This document shows, piece by piece, positions 13,132-23,498 of a stretch of 64,000 bases of DNA. Position numbers and translations under genes: made by a program. The stretch is from an uncultured delta proteobacterium (GTDB taxonomy: Bacteria; Myxococcota_A; Polyangia; Haliangiales; Haliangiaceae), in the NCBI GenBank assembly GCA_963772655.1, contig CAVYYE010000009.1, forward strand, positions 214,343-278,342, written 5' to 3'. The notes below the pieces were generated by a model. It searched no databases and had not been told where the DNA came from. It saw only the letters and a list, made by a program, of their open reading frames with translations. How positions within the stretch are numbered: the stretch's first letter is position 1; each line of letters opens with the position of its first letter.

Positions 13132-13927
13132 TTATTCGAAGGTCAGCCCGGTGACATCGACGCCTTCGACGACATAGGTGTTGTCGATCGACTCGATGCC
13201 GGTGAACGACACGGTGGCGTCGGCCGGATCGCCCTGCGTCGCGGCCGCGGCCCCGAGCACGTCCTCGAACCGGCGTTCGGGTACCGGGATGTTCTCGATC
13301 GGGAGCGACTCGTAGAGCGGCGTGGCGACACCATCCTCGACGGCGATCGACCGGCACCCAGTCGAGATCCCCGAAGTAGAACGTCGCGGTGTAGCGACCG
13401 ACCGGAAGCTTCGGGATCGTGAAGTAGCCGTGGTCGCTCGAGATCGCGGTGAACGCACGGGTACCGGTCGCCGGCGACGTCACCACGATCGTCGTCCCCG
13501 CGATCGGCTCCTCGCCGTCGAGGATCTGCCCCTCGATCGCACCGGTGCCCGCGGGGAGTCGATCTTCGAGCTCGGCGACCTCGCCATCGTGACGCTCCCC
13601 CACGGTCAGCCCGTCGTCATCGATGGGCTCGTCGGGGCCGTTGAGGACCACGTTTGGGTCCGAACCTTCGAAGTCGACCGTGTAGCCGATGGACGCGACG
13701 TCGATCGCCGGCGCGCGAGCAGCGCGAACTGCCGCCGCGAGCGTGCGGGCATCGCGGATCGCGCGCTGTCCCCGAACCGAGTGCTCTCCGGCCGCATTTG
13801 CAGTGCGGCGTTCGAAGCCACCCGCATTTGCAGTGCGGCTGGCGATCGAACCCGGGGAGCCCTTCGTGACGAGGTAGGCGGCGATCGCGGCGACGACGCT
13901 CCCGGCGATGGCGACGCGGTGCTGCAT
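13132..13927 (-). CDS. Secreted protein with a carboxypeptidase-regulatory-like (prealbumin-fold) domain, interrupted by an apparent frameshift near 13350
   Basis: Signal peptide MQHRVAIAGSVVAAIAAYLV. Motif SDHGYFTIPKLPVGRYTATFYFGDLDWVPVD is typical of CarboxypepD_reg. The C-terminal part continues in another frame (ORF 13132..13458: IAVEDGVATPLYESLPIENIPVPE...). Confidence 0.55.
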
Positions 13928-14063
13928 GACTTCGATCTACGTGCTGGACATCGATCGCGACAGCGCCGGCTCACAACACGCCGTGGCCGGTGTCGCGCCC
14001 GATTCGCGTCGCGTGTCGCAGGTCGCACTCGATGCGTGCGGTGAGCGATGCCGCGCGAACCGA

Positions 14064-15389
14064 CTACGACGACGGAACGAGCTTGTAGATCGACCCGGTG
14101 AGCTTCACGAGGTAGAGCTCGCCGTCCTGATCGACGCCGAACGACGAGATCTGCGACAGGTCGTTGTCCTTGTCGATCGCGGCCTTCCAGTCCCAGTGCT
14201 CGCGCACCCAGCCGGTACTCGCCGATGCCATGGCGGGGTTCTTCGTCCACACGAAGCTGCGCAGAAGGCCGGTGCAGTAGTCGGTGTAGAAGTAGCGACC
14301 GACCAGGTCCGGTAGCGCCTTGCCGCGATACACGAAGCCGCCGGTGATCGAGCAGCCCTCCCGGTGGCTGTACTCGATCGCGGGGGAGGTGAAACCGTCG
14401 CGCTTGCACGTCGTGGCTTGGTAGCAGTGGCTCCCCTCGACGACGTTCCACCCGAAGTTGCGCTTGGGCATGGTCATCTTGTTTCCCGCTTCACTGCTCG
14501 TCGGCGCGACCCACACGTACTCCCACAGGTTCTGGCCGACGTCGCCGATGTACATCCCGCCGCTCGCCGGGTCGAACGAGAACCGCCACGGGTTGCGGAC
14601 GCCCATGTGGACGATCTCGGGGGGCGGCTGATCGCTGGGATGGGCGTCGACGTCGAACCGCAGGATCTTGCCGAGCAGCGCGCGCGGGTTCTGTCCGTTG
14701 CCCCGTGGATCGCCCGCGGAGCCACCGTCTCCCATGCCGGTGTAGAGCTTGCCGTCGGGACCGAACACCAGATTGCCGCCGTTGTGGTTCGAGTACGGCT
14801 GGTGGATCTCGATCAACTCGTGGCGCGTCGTGGGATCGACGCGGTCGGGATCGCCGGTGACGCGGAACTCGACGATATGCGTATCGCGATCGGCGGCGGT
14901 GTAGTCGACGTAGAGCTTGCCGTTGCGCGCGAAGTCCGGGTGAAACGCGAGACCGAGCAGGCCCTCTTCCTCGCCCCGCGACAGGTCCCGGTCGACGACG
15001 AGGAACGGCTTCTCGGCGAGCTTTCCGTTCTCGAGGATCCGGATCCGGCCGGCGTGCTGCTCGAGCACGAACAACCGGTGGCGCGCGTCGCCGGGTGCAG
15101 CGACCAGCGCGACCGGCCGCGCGAGCCCGCGCACGACCTCGCGCAAGGCGACCTTCGCGGCGATCGCGGGAGGCACCGGGACCAGCGCATCGGTGCCGGG
15201 CGGTGGAACCCGCGCCCCCGCATGACTTGCCGGCACGTCGGGGGCGGTCGCGGGTGCTGCGGACCCGACCGGATCGGGGACCATGCCCGATCCCGGCGGC
15301 ACCGAGGTCACCGCGGTGTCGTGCTCGCGACGGCATCCACCGGCCGCCATCGCGAGCACGGCAGCGAGGGCGCACGATCGAGATGTCAT
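14064..15389 (-). CDS. PQQ-dependent sugar (glucose/sorbosone) dehydrogenase family lipoprotein
   Basis: Lipobox (AMAAGGC). GSDH beta-propeller motifs include LGLAFHPDFARNGKLYVDYT, HNGGNLVFGPDGKLY and GMGDGGSAGDP. Confidence 0.85.
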   Translation of the reverse strand: MTSRSCALAAVLAMAAGGCRREHDTAVTSVPPGSGMVPDPVGSAAPATAPDVPASHAGARVPPPGTDALVPVPPAIAAKVALREVVRGLARPVALVAAPGDARHRLFVLEQHAGRIRILENGKLAEKPFLVVDRDLSRGEEEGLLGLAFHPDFARNGKLYVDYTAADRDTHIVEFRVTGDPDRVDPTTRHELIEIHQPYSNHNGGNLVFGPDGKLYTGMGDGGSAGDPRGNGQNPRALLGKILRFDVDAHPSDQPPPEIVHMGVRNPWRFSFDPASGGMYIGDVGQNLWEYVWVAPTSSEAGNKMTMPKRNFGWNVVEGSHCYQATTCKRDGFTSPAIEYSHREGCSITGGFVYRGKALPDLVGRYFYTDYCTGLLRSFVWTKNPAMASASTGWVREHWDWKAAIDKDNDLSQISSFGVDQDGELYLVKLTGSIYKLVPSS

Positions 15390-15572
15390 TGGCTAGGTCG
15401 TGCCATGGACTAATCCGTTCGCGCCAGTCCAACTGCAGGAGACGGACACATCGCTTGGGGCTGCCGGCAAGTCGAGTTGCCGCGACGTCGAGTCCGCGGA
15501 CATCCCCCGATCGAGCGCCCCGCAAGATCCTGGATCGAGGGTGGTCGAACCAGGCTCGGTCACCCCGGACTC

Positions 15573-15588
15573 TGGCACGCCCCGTGCT
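15573..15588 (+). promoter_or_regulatory. Candidate sigma-54 promoter TGGCACGCCCCGTGCT upstream of the small ORF 15604..15915
   Basis: TGGCACG matches the -24 element perfectly and GC is at the correct -12 spacing. About 16 nt to the ATG, implying a near-leaderless transcript. Confidence 0.45.
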
Positions 15589-15603
15589 CCTTCTCGGTTC
15601 GTC

Positions 15604-15915
15604 ATGCAGGTCGCTCTCTCCATCAACCCCGGTTACGCAACTGCCAAGAACCGCTCGGATCTCAAGCACTACTTCGAGTACTCGAGCCAGGGGATCGATG
15701 TGGTCGAGGACGGCCTGCAGGAGATCTCGTTCGGCGAGTATCTCGTCGATCAGGGCGTGCTCGACCGCTACCAGCTGTTCCGCGCGCTCCAGATGCAGGA
15801 CCGACTTCCAGGCGTTCGTCTCGGCGAGGCCGCCGCGGCTCTCGGCTACGCGCCGATCGGTGCGATCGAGCGGCTGTTCCAGCGCTTCCAGCAGATCGAT
15901 ACGGTCGCGATCTAG
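15604..15915 (+). CDS. Small protein (103 aa) with a type II secretion ATPase GspE N-terminal-like (T2SSE_N/MshEN) domain
   Basis: FGEYLVDQGVLDRYQLFRALQMQDRLPGVRLGEAAAALGY resembles T2SSE_N. There is a strong sigma-54 -24/-12 motif immediately upstream. Confidence 0.5.
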   Translation: MQVALSINPGYATAKNRSDLKHYFEYSSQGIDVVEDGLQEISFGEYLVDQGVLDRYQLFRALQMQDRLPGVRLGEAAAALGYAPIGAIERLFQRFQQIDTVAI

Positions 15916-16925
15916 AGGGCTTCGATCGCGCGGATCACGCCGTCGGTGAACTGCTGGGTGTTCGCCGTGCCGCCGAGGTCCGCGGTTCGCGTGCGCTCGT
16001 CGGCGAGCGCTGCACGCACACCGGTGCGCAGCCGCTCGGCCGCCGCGCCCTGCCCCACGTGATCGAGGAGCAGCCCGGCGCTCAACATCAGCGCCGTCGG
16101 GTTCGCGACGCCCTTGCCCGCGATGTCGGGGGCCGTACCGTGGACCGCCTCGAAGATCGCGATCCCGGTGTCGCCGATGTTGGCCGCCGGCGCGACCCCG
16201 AGACCGCCGATCAACCCGGCCGTGAGATCGCTCAGGATGTCGCCGAACAGGTTCATCGTCACGATGACGTCGAACCGCTCCGGCGCCACCACCAGCTTCA
16301 TCGCCGTGGCATCGACGATCATGTCGTCGAACGCGATGTCGGTGTAGTGCTTCGCGACGTCGCGACCGGTGTCGAGGAACAGCCCATTCGACATCTTGAG
16401 GATGTTGGCCTTGTGCACCAGCGTGACCCGCTTGCGGCCGTGCGTGCGCGCGTACTCGAACGCGTACTTGATCACCCGCTCGCTACCGTGCCGCGTGATG
16501 ATCGCGATCGACTCGGCGGCGGTGCGCCGAGGGTCGACGTAGTGCTCGACGCCCGCGTACAGATCCTCGGTGTTCTCGCGCACGATCACGAGATCGACGC
16601 CGGTGTAGCGCGACGGCACGCCGGGGAGCGTCTTCGCCGGCCGAACGTTGGCGTAGAGATCGAAGTGCTGCCGGAGCGCCACGTTGACCGAGCGGAACCC
16701 GCTGCCGATCGGCGTCCCGAGCGGCCCCTTGAGCGCGAGCTTCGTGCGTTCGATCGATGCCAGCGTGTCCTTCGGCAACGGATCGCCGTGGCGCTCGGCG
16801 GCGGTCTGGCCGGCATCCGCGCGTTCCCACTCGAGCGTGCCTCCCGCCGCCGCCACGACCTTCACCGTCGCGGCCGAGATCTCGGGGCCGATGCCATCGC
16901 CTTCGATCAGGGTCGCCGCGGTCAT
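15912..16925 (-). CDS. Isocitrate/isopropylmalate dehydrogenase family enzyme (NAD-dependent IDH-like)
   Basis: MTAATLIEGDGIGPEI start, and motifs NVRP, VRENTEDLY, NLFGDILSD and GSAPDIAGKG-like. About 337 aa. Confidence 0.85.
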   Translation of the reverse strand: MTAATLIEGDGIGPEISAATVKVVAAAGGTLEWERADAGQTAAERHGDPLPKDTLASIERTKLALKGPLGTPIGSGFRSVNVALRQHFDLYANVRPAKTLPGVPSRYTGVDLVIVRENTEDLYAGVEHYVDPRRTAAESIAIITRHGSERVIKYAFEYARTHGRKRVTLVHKANILKMSNGLFLDTGRDVAKHYTDIAFDDMIVDATAMKLVVAPERFDVIVTMNLFGDILSDLTAGLIGGLGVAPAANIGDTGIAIFEAVHGTAPDIAGKGVANPTALMLSAGLLLDHVGQGAAAERLRTGVRAALADERTRTADLGGTANTQQFTDGVIRAIEAL

Positions 16926-17260
16926 CGGTCGCCCTCGCCTCGGGGCCCGATCTCGATGCGGTCGTCGATCACGCGCACCGCGTAGGTCGCGAGGCAGTAC
17001 ACGTCGGACTCCGGCGCCCGCCCCGTCGAGGTCGAGAACCGCCAGCCGTGGTTCGGACAGATCACGTGGCCACGAGACACGATGCCGTCGGCCAGGTCGC
17101 CCCCGGCGTGGGCGCATCGCCGCTGGGTCGCGAAGTAGCGCTCGCCGTCGAGCCCGAGGATCAGCTCGACCTCGCCGGCGCGCACGGCGATCACGTCGCC
17201 CGATCGGACGTCGCCGACGCGGGCGACCGCATGCCAGGCATCGAGTGCGGGTTGCGTCAT
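16922..17260 (-). CDS. Rieske [2Fe-2S] ferredoxin-domain protein
   Basis: CAHAGGDL...CPNHGWRF is the CxH...CxxH Rieske motif. The stop overlaps the start of the downstream IDH-family gene (ATGA). Confidence 0.85.
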   Translation of the reverse strand: MTQPALDAWHAVARVGDVRSGDVIAVRAGEVELILGLDGERYFATQRRCAHAGGDLADGIVSRGHVICPNHGWRFSTSTGRAPESDVYCLATYAVRVIDDRIEIGPRGEGDR

Positions 17261-17328
17261 CTCGCGGCGACTATGTCAGCGTTCGATCCACAACGAAAGC
17301 CCCGTCGCGAAAGCCGCCGTTCGAATGC

Positions 17329-17994
17329 TCAGTGATACCAGCCCAGCTCGACGAGCTTGGTGCCGAGAGCTTTCTCGAGTGCGCGCGTGAGTCCCTTCGC
17401 GGGAAGCGACGCCTGGTCCTCGGCGATCTGCGGGACGTCCTTGTGACAATCGATGACCACACCGCTCCTCCACACGCCCGAGAACCCGGGCGGCGGAGGC
17501 ACCGATCCCTCCGCGCATACCTTCGGTGGCGTCGTGGTCCACGACGCGGGGTACGACTCACTCTGGCAGAGCAGGTCGAGCTCCGCTGCCTCGACCTCCG
17601 TCCGACCATTCATGGGTGGAACCTCGACGCCAAACTCGTGTTCCTCGCTCAGCAGCACCCTGAAGTCGCTGCCGAGGATGACCTCGGTCGAGGCGATGTA
17701 GCGTTGCTCCATCTGGCCGTAGGCCGACGGGCCGACCACGTTCTCGACGATGGTCGCGTCATCGATCCACTCGCCGACGATGTGGAGGTTGGAGGGGAGC
17801 TCACCGGTGAAGGCCTCCGCGGCCGGAATCTCCTCGTGGTCTTCACTGGTCAGACGATAGAGCGTCGGTGATTCGTCCAGCAGCCCCCACTCGGCGAGCA
17901 CGGCCACGAGCTTGCGCGTGGTCTCCCACGTCGGCCTCCACGTCAGATCGGAGATGAACAGGCCATGCGCGTACTCCACACCCATGCCGCGCAT
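17329..17994 (-). CDS. Hypothetical cytoplasmic protein
   Basis: ORF with GC3 bias and no recognizable motif. The start was chosen at the MRGMGVEY Met. Confidence 0.45.
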   Translation of the reverse strand: MRGMGVEYAHGLFISDLTWRPTWETTRKLVAVLAEWGLLDESPTLYRLTSEDHEEIPAAEAFTGELPSNLHIVGEWIDDATIVENVVGPSAYGQMEQRYIASTEVILGSDFRVLLSEEHEFGVEVPPMNGRTEVEAAELDLLCQSESYPASWTTTPPKVCAEGSVPPPPGFSGVWRSGVVIDCHKDVPQIAEDQASLPAKGLTRALEKALGTKLVELGWYH

Positions 17995-18042
17995 CTTGGC
18001 TTCGCTGACATTTTCGCACAACACGCGGCGATCGGAACCACG

Positions 18043-19512
<1,470 letters not shown>

Positions 19513-19642
19513 GAAAAGTAGGGTAACGCGTCCTGTCCAACTGTCTAGACAGCGTCTAGTCCAATGGACGAGACGCGGGACGTAACCTCAATCAAGTTAT
19601 TGAAACTGCTTGTCCTGCGCGCTGGACTCCCGGGTTCGAGGC

Positions 19643-19658
19643 TGGCCCATCTCGTGCG
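19643..19658 (+). promoter_or_regulatory. Weaker sigma-54-like motif TGGCCCATCTCGTGCG upstream of the ECF sigma gene, with a 12-bp palindrome CTGTCTAGACAG (19541..19552) about 100 bp further upstream as a candidate UAS
   Basis: GG-N10-GC spacing is preserved, and a divergent sigma-54 EBP gene is adjacent. Confidence 0.3.
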
Positions 19659-19690
19659 TGTCTGATTGACGCAGGAGGGCTAATCAACAC

Positions 19691-20398
19691 ATGCGAACGG
19701 CACTGGAAGCGCAGCACGATCCTCTTCGAACGCGAGCGTACGTACGGTCGGTCGCGCTCAAATATGTCCGAGACGAACACGACGCCGAGGACGTCACCCA
19801 GGACGCGATGCTCCTCGCCCACCGGTACAAGGATTCGTTCCGGGGTGAGTCGAGGTATTCGACCTGGCTGTATCGCGTCACCGCCACCGCGGCGCTGATG
19901 TTCTTGCGCAAGCAACGCCGGTTGGCGCGCGAGATCCCGGCGAGTGGCACCGTGGACGAAGAAGGTGCGTGCCTGCTCGATCGGCAGGCGGCACCCGGCG
20001 ACTTGCAGAACGAGGTGATCGCGCGTGCGGAGGCCGGCACGATCGCAGCCGCCGTCGCCGAGCTCGGTTCGAAGTACCCCGCGGTGTTCTGGAAGCGTTA
20101 CGCGGAGGGTCGCACCGAGACCGAGATCGCGCGCGAGCTCGGGCTCAGCGTCGCGGCGGTGAAGACGCGGGCGTTCCGCGCACGGCAAGCGGCGATTTCC
20201 GCTCGTTCGCAGCAGCGAGCTAGGCCGCGGGCTGGTTCTTCGTCGCGAGTAGCTCGGCGAGCCGAACGCGCGTCTTCGCGAGTCGCTCGTCCCAGATCGC
20301 CGCCCATCGTTCGCTCGACGTGCAGGGTGGTTCACATCGTGATTTCGGTGAGGTGCGGACATCCTACATGGTGGCTGCACATCGGCATGATGCAGTGA
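19691..20398 (+). CDS. ECF (sigma-70 family) RNA polymerase sigma factor. The ORF has an implausible Arg/Ser-rich C-terminal tail, so the true stop is uncertain.
   Basis: Region 2 (DAEDVTQDAMLLAHRYKDSFRGESRYSTWLYRVT) and region 4 (TEIARELGLSVAAVKTRAFRARQ). AGGAGG RBS 12 nt upstream of the ATG. Confidence 0.75.
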   Translation: MRTALEAQHDPLRTRAYVRSVALKYVRDEHDAEDVTQDAMLLAHRYKDSFRGESRYSTWLYRVTATAALMFLRKQRRLAREIPASGTVDEEGACLLDRQAAPGDLQNEVIARAEAGTIAAAVAELGSKYPAVFWKRYAEGRTETEIARELGLSVAAVKTRAFRARQAAISARSQQRARPRAGSSSRVARRAERASSRVARPRSPPIVRSTCRVVHIVISVRCGHPTWWLHIGMMQ

Positions 20399-20538
20399 CG
20401 CTCGGCCACTGCAGACGATCGATTGCAGTGATCGTGCGCGAGTTGCGCACGAGCGAGATGTTGCGCGTGAACGCGAGCCGGATCGCGCCCTCGTGAGCGT
20501 GCACCGCATCTTGCTTGGAGGCGCCGCGGGGGTAACGC

Positions 20539-21825
20539 ATGTTCTCGCGCTTCGCTGCTGCTATCTGTCTCGCGATCGCCATCGGCGGTTGCGCGGGCGA
20601 GATCGATCAAGACGCCGCCGCCGGCGACAACCTGGACCACGACCGCGACGATGACGTCGGCGTGCGCGCGCGTGTGTGCGCGGACGGCACGACCACCAAG
20701 GGCATCGACGTCTCGAAGTGGCAGGGCACGATCGACTGGGCCCGGGTCAAGAACGCCGGCATCGCGTTCGCGTTCATCCGGGTCTCCGACGGCGCGAATT
20801 CGCACGACTCGAAGTTCGCCAGCAACTGGGCCAACGCCCGCGCTGCCGGCGTGATCCGCGGTGCCTATCAGTTCTTCCGGCCGGCGCAGTCGGTGACCGC
20901 GCAGGCCGACCTTCTCCTCGACGCGATCGGTGGCAGCTATACGCCCGGCGACCTGCCACCCGTGATCGACGTCGAGAGCAACGGCGGCCTGTCGCCGACC
21001 ACGGTGGCCTCGCGCGTGCGCCAGTGGGTCGACCGCGTGCAGGCGGCACTCGGCGTCACCCCGATCGTCTACACCGGCAAGTACTTCTGGCGCGACGAGG
21101 TCGGTTCGCCGGCGTCGTTCGAATCCAGCCCGCTGTGGATCGCGCAGTACACCTCGCTGTGTCCCGATCTCCCGGGACCGTGGTCGAAGTGGACGTTCTG
21201 GCAGTACACGTCCTCGGGGTCGGTGTCCGGGATCGCCGGTCACGTCGATACCAACCGGTTCAACGGCACGCTCGCCGACCTCCACGCGTTCGTCAACGCC
21301 ACACCACCGAGCCCGCTGGCGTTCTCGTGGGTGCGCAACCCCGACGCGACGTACCGGTTCTTCGCCGAGCCGGGCGACGGCGTGGCTCGCGTCGAGTTCC
21401 GCGTCGGCAACTACTACATCGGTACCGCGGACACGCCGAGCGGAAGCGGCTACGTCGACTACACGTTCAACTATGACGTTCCCGATCGCACGATCGAGGC
21501 GCGCGGGCTCGCCGCCGACAATACGGTCGCCGCGCTCGGCAACGGCATCATCGATTCGATCGCCGACACCGCCGTGTTCGTGCGTCAAACCGACGAGCAC
21601 GAGTACGAGATCGGGCTCGAGCGCGCCCCGGCCTCGTGGGCGACGCTCGAGGTCGTGGTCGATGGTTACTCCCTGCCCGATCTCGACACCGGTCTCACCC
21701 GGTCACCCCGCCTCGCGGTGCGCTACGAGTTCTCCGGGCTCGGCGATCGCGACCTCGCGATCCGGGCCCGCGACGCCGACGGCAATATCGTCGAGGGCTG
21801 GTCGCGCACCCTCGACGTGCGCTGA
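20539..21825 (+). CDS. GH25-family muramidase (lysozyme) lipoprotein with a C-terminal extension domain
   Basis: Lipobox AIGGC. GH25 motifs GIDVSKWQGTIDW and GIAFAFIRVSDG. Confidence 0.85.
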   Translation: MFSRFAAAICLAIAIGGCAGEIDQDAAAGDNLDHDRDDDVGVRARVCADGTTTKGIDVSKWQGTIDWARVKNAGIAFAFIRVSDGANSHDSKFASNWANARAAGVIRGAYQFFRPAQSVTAQADLLLDAIGGSYTPGDLPPVIDVESNGGLSPTTVASRVRQWVDRVQAALGVTPIVYTGKYFWRDEVGSPASFESSPLWIAQYTSLCPDLPGPWSKWTFWQYTSSGSVSGIAGHVDTNRFNGTLADLHAFVNATPPSPLAFSWVRNPDATYRFFAEPGDGVARVEFRVGNYYIGTADTPSGSGYVDYTFNYDVPDRTIEARGLAADNTVAALGNGIIDSIADTAVFVRQTDEHEYEIGLERAPASWATLEVVVDGYSLPDLDTGLTRSPRLAVRYEFSGLGDRDLAIRARDADGNIVEGWSRTLDVR

Positions 21826-21830
21826 GACTT

Positions 21831-21901
21831 CGCGAGCGGACGCCCAGCGGGAGGCAGGCCGCGGAAGCGACGTCGCGAGCGGACGCCTAGCGGGAGGCAG
21901 G
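21831..21901. repeat. Tandem direct repeat (two 28-bp near-identical units, CGCGAGCGGACGCC(C/T)AGCGGGAGGCAGG, period 43), related to the REP-like family
   Basis: Units at 21831..21858 and 21874..21901 differ by one base. They lie between convergent genes. Confidence 0.5.
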
Positions 21902-21907
21902 CGACAT

Positions 21908-22774
21908 CTACGCCGCCTCGGCGCGTGGATCGAGGTCGCGCGCCGAGAGCTCGCGGATCAGCGCCGGCTCGATCGGAAACTCCGCGAGTAACCCGCGCAG
22001 GCGTTCGCGCGCCCCGCGATCGAAGCGGTTGACCCGCTTGCCGAGGATCAGCTCGTTCTTCGCCGAGTGCTCCCAGCCGACGAGCTCGGTGACCGTGACC
22101 TTGTAGCCGTGCGCCTCGAGCACCAGCGACCGGATCACGTTGGTCAGGTGACTGCCGAACTCTCGGCGATGCATCGCGTGCGCGAACAATGCCGCGCACG
22201 CCGGCGCGACGCCCTGCGCGTGTTCGAGCTGGCGCGCGACCTCGGCCTGGCAACACGGCACGACGGCGACGTGGTCGGCGCCGCTCGCGATCGCCAGCGC
22301 GAGCGCGTCGTCGGTCGCGGTATCGCACGCGTGAAGGGCGGCGACGATCTGGGGGCGTCCCGGCAGGTCGGCGGCGGCGATCGCACCGGTCTTGACCGAG
22401 AACCGCTCGTGGCCGAACCGCGCCGCGCGCTTCGCGGCCTGCTCCGACAGCTCGGGGCGCATCTCGATCGCGAGCAACGAACCGCGACCGGCCGGCCCGA
22501 GCACGAGCTCGTAGAGCAACGCGCCGAGATACGACTTGCCGGCACCGCAGTCGACGACGAGCGGCTCGCCGGTGCGCGCCAGCGCGTCGTCGAGCGCGGG
22601 ACGTAGCAGGCCGACGAGGTGGCGGATCTGCTTGAGCTTGCGGCGCGCGTCGGCGTTGAGCTGGCCATCGCGCGTCAGCAGGTGGAGATCCTGGAGCAGC
22701 TCGATCGACATCCCCGCCGGGACGTCGGGGTCGTCGGTTGCTTGCTTGGAGCCCTTGGGGTCGCGTCTGGCCAC
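21908..22774 (-). CDS. Class I SAM-dependent methyltransferase
   Basis: Motif I VVDCGAGKSYLG. The length and acidic motifs downstream fit the Rossmann methyltransferase fold. Confidence 0.7.
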   Translation of the reverse strand: MARRDPKGSKQATDDPDVPAGMSIELLQDLHLLTRDGQLNADARRKLKQIRHLVGLLRPALDDALARTGEPLVVDCGAGKSYLGALLYELVLGPAGRGSLLAIEMRPELSEQAAKRAARFGHERFSVKTGAIAAADLPGRPQIVAALHACDTATDDALALAIASGADHVAVVPCCQAEVARQLEHAQGVAPACAALFAHAMHRREFGSHLTNVIRSLVLEAHGYKVTVTELVGWEHSAKNELILGKRVNRFDRGARERLRGLLAEFPIEPALIRELSARDLDPRAEAA

Positions 22775-22822
22775 GCGGCATTCTAGTCCACGACGATCGC
22801 GGACGCCGCTCGACCTGCGCGA

Positions 22823-23350
22823 TCACACCTCGGGCACCGGCGCCGGTTCGTCGTCCCACGCCGCCGCCCACCGCGCGCTGGCAGCGCCGTTGCCGCTCTC
22901 GCGTTCACCGATCATGCCCGGGTCGACCCGGTAGCGCTCGCCCGAGCCGGTGACCAGCGTGACCACGCCGGCGTCCGGAACCAGCCGCACGACCGTGGTG
23001 CCGACCAGCTCGGTCGCGAGCCAGCGAACGCCGAGCGAACGCGCCGGCGAGATCGCAACCGCCTTGGTTGCCCGACGTCGCATCCGCGCCCCACCCGACC
23101 GCTGGGTGTCCGCTCGCGAGGCCTCGGTCACCACCGCGATCACCGTGCCGGCGCGATCGATCGTCGCGACCACTTCGTGTGCCGTGCCCGCGCGATCGAT
23201 CGTCGCGAACGCCACCCGGTCGTCGGTGACCGCGATCGCGCGGACCTCGTCCACCGCCGCCAGCGTCTGGGCCAGCCGTGCCTGTGCCACGCCCGGATCG
23301 TCGGGTGCAGCCAGCTCGATCAGCAGCCGGATGATCGCGTAGAGGTGCAT
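22823..23350 (-). CDS. Hypothetical protein with an internal short tandem duplication (ATIDRAGTxxxVV x2)
   Basis: ORF with GC3 bias and no family recognized. Confidence 0.45.
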   Translation of the reverse strand: MHLYAIIRLLIELAAPDDPGVAQARLAQTLAAVDEVRAIAVTDDRVAFATIDRAGTAHEVVATIDRAGTVIAVVTEASRADTQRSGGARMRRRATKAVAISPARSLGVRWLATELVGTTVVRLVPDAGVVTLVTGSGERYRVDPGMIGERESGNGAASARWAAAWDDEPAPVPEV

Positions 23351-23498
23351 GCCTCCTGGTCAATTCAACTGACGGGCCAACCAGAACCCGCGTGGTTCAG
23401 GCGGGTTGCGCCGGGGCGTGGTCGTTCTCCCACACGCAAACGTCCCACGAGACACAAACCGTTTCCCCCTGCCGTGCTCGATTGCCGATAATGGAGGG

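Noticed and set aside
20221-20398. C-terminal about 60 aa of the ECF sigma ORF, considered as a fused anti-sigma domain
   Set aside because: Arg/Ser/Pro-rich junk-like sequence with no TM or zinc-finger motif. It is more likely read-through past a missed stop or indel.
22823-23350. Possible gas-vesicle GvpF/L-like protein (MHLYAIIRL start)
   Set aside because: The resemblance is limited to a few N-terminal residues, with no other gvp genes nearby.
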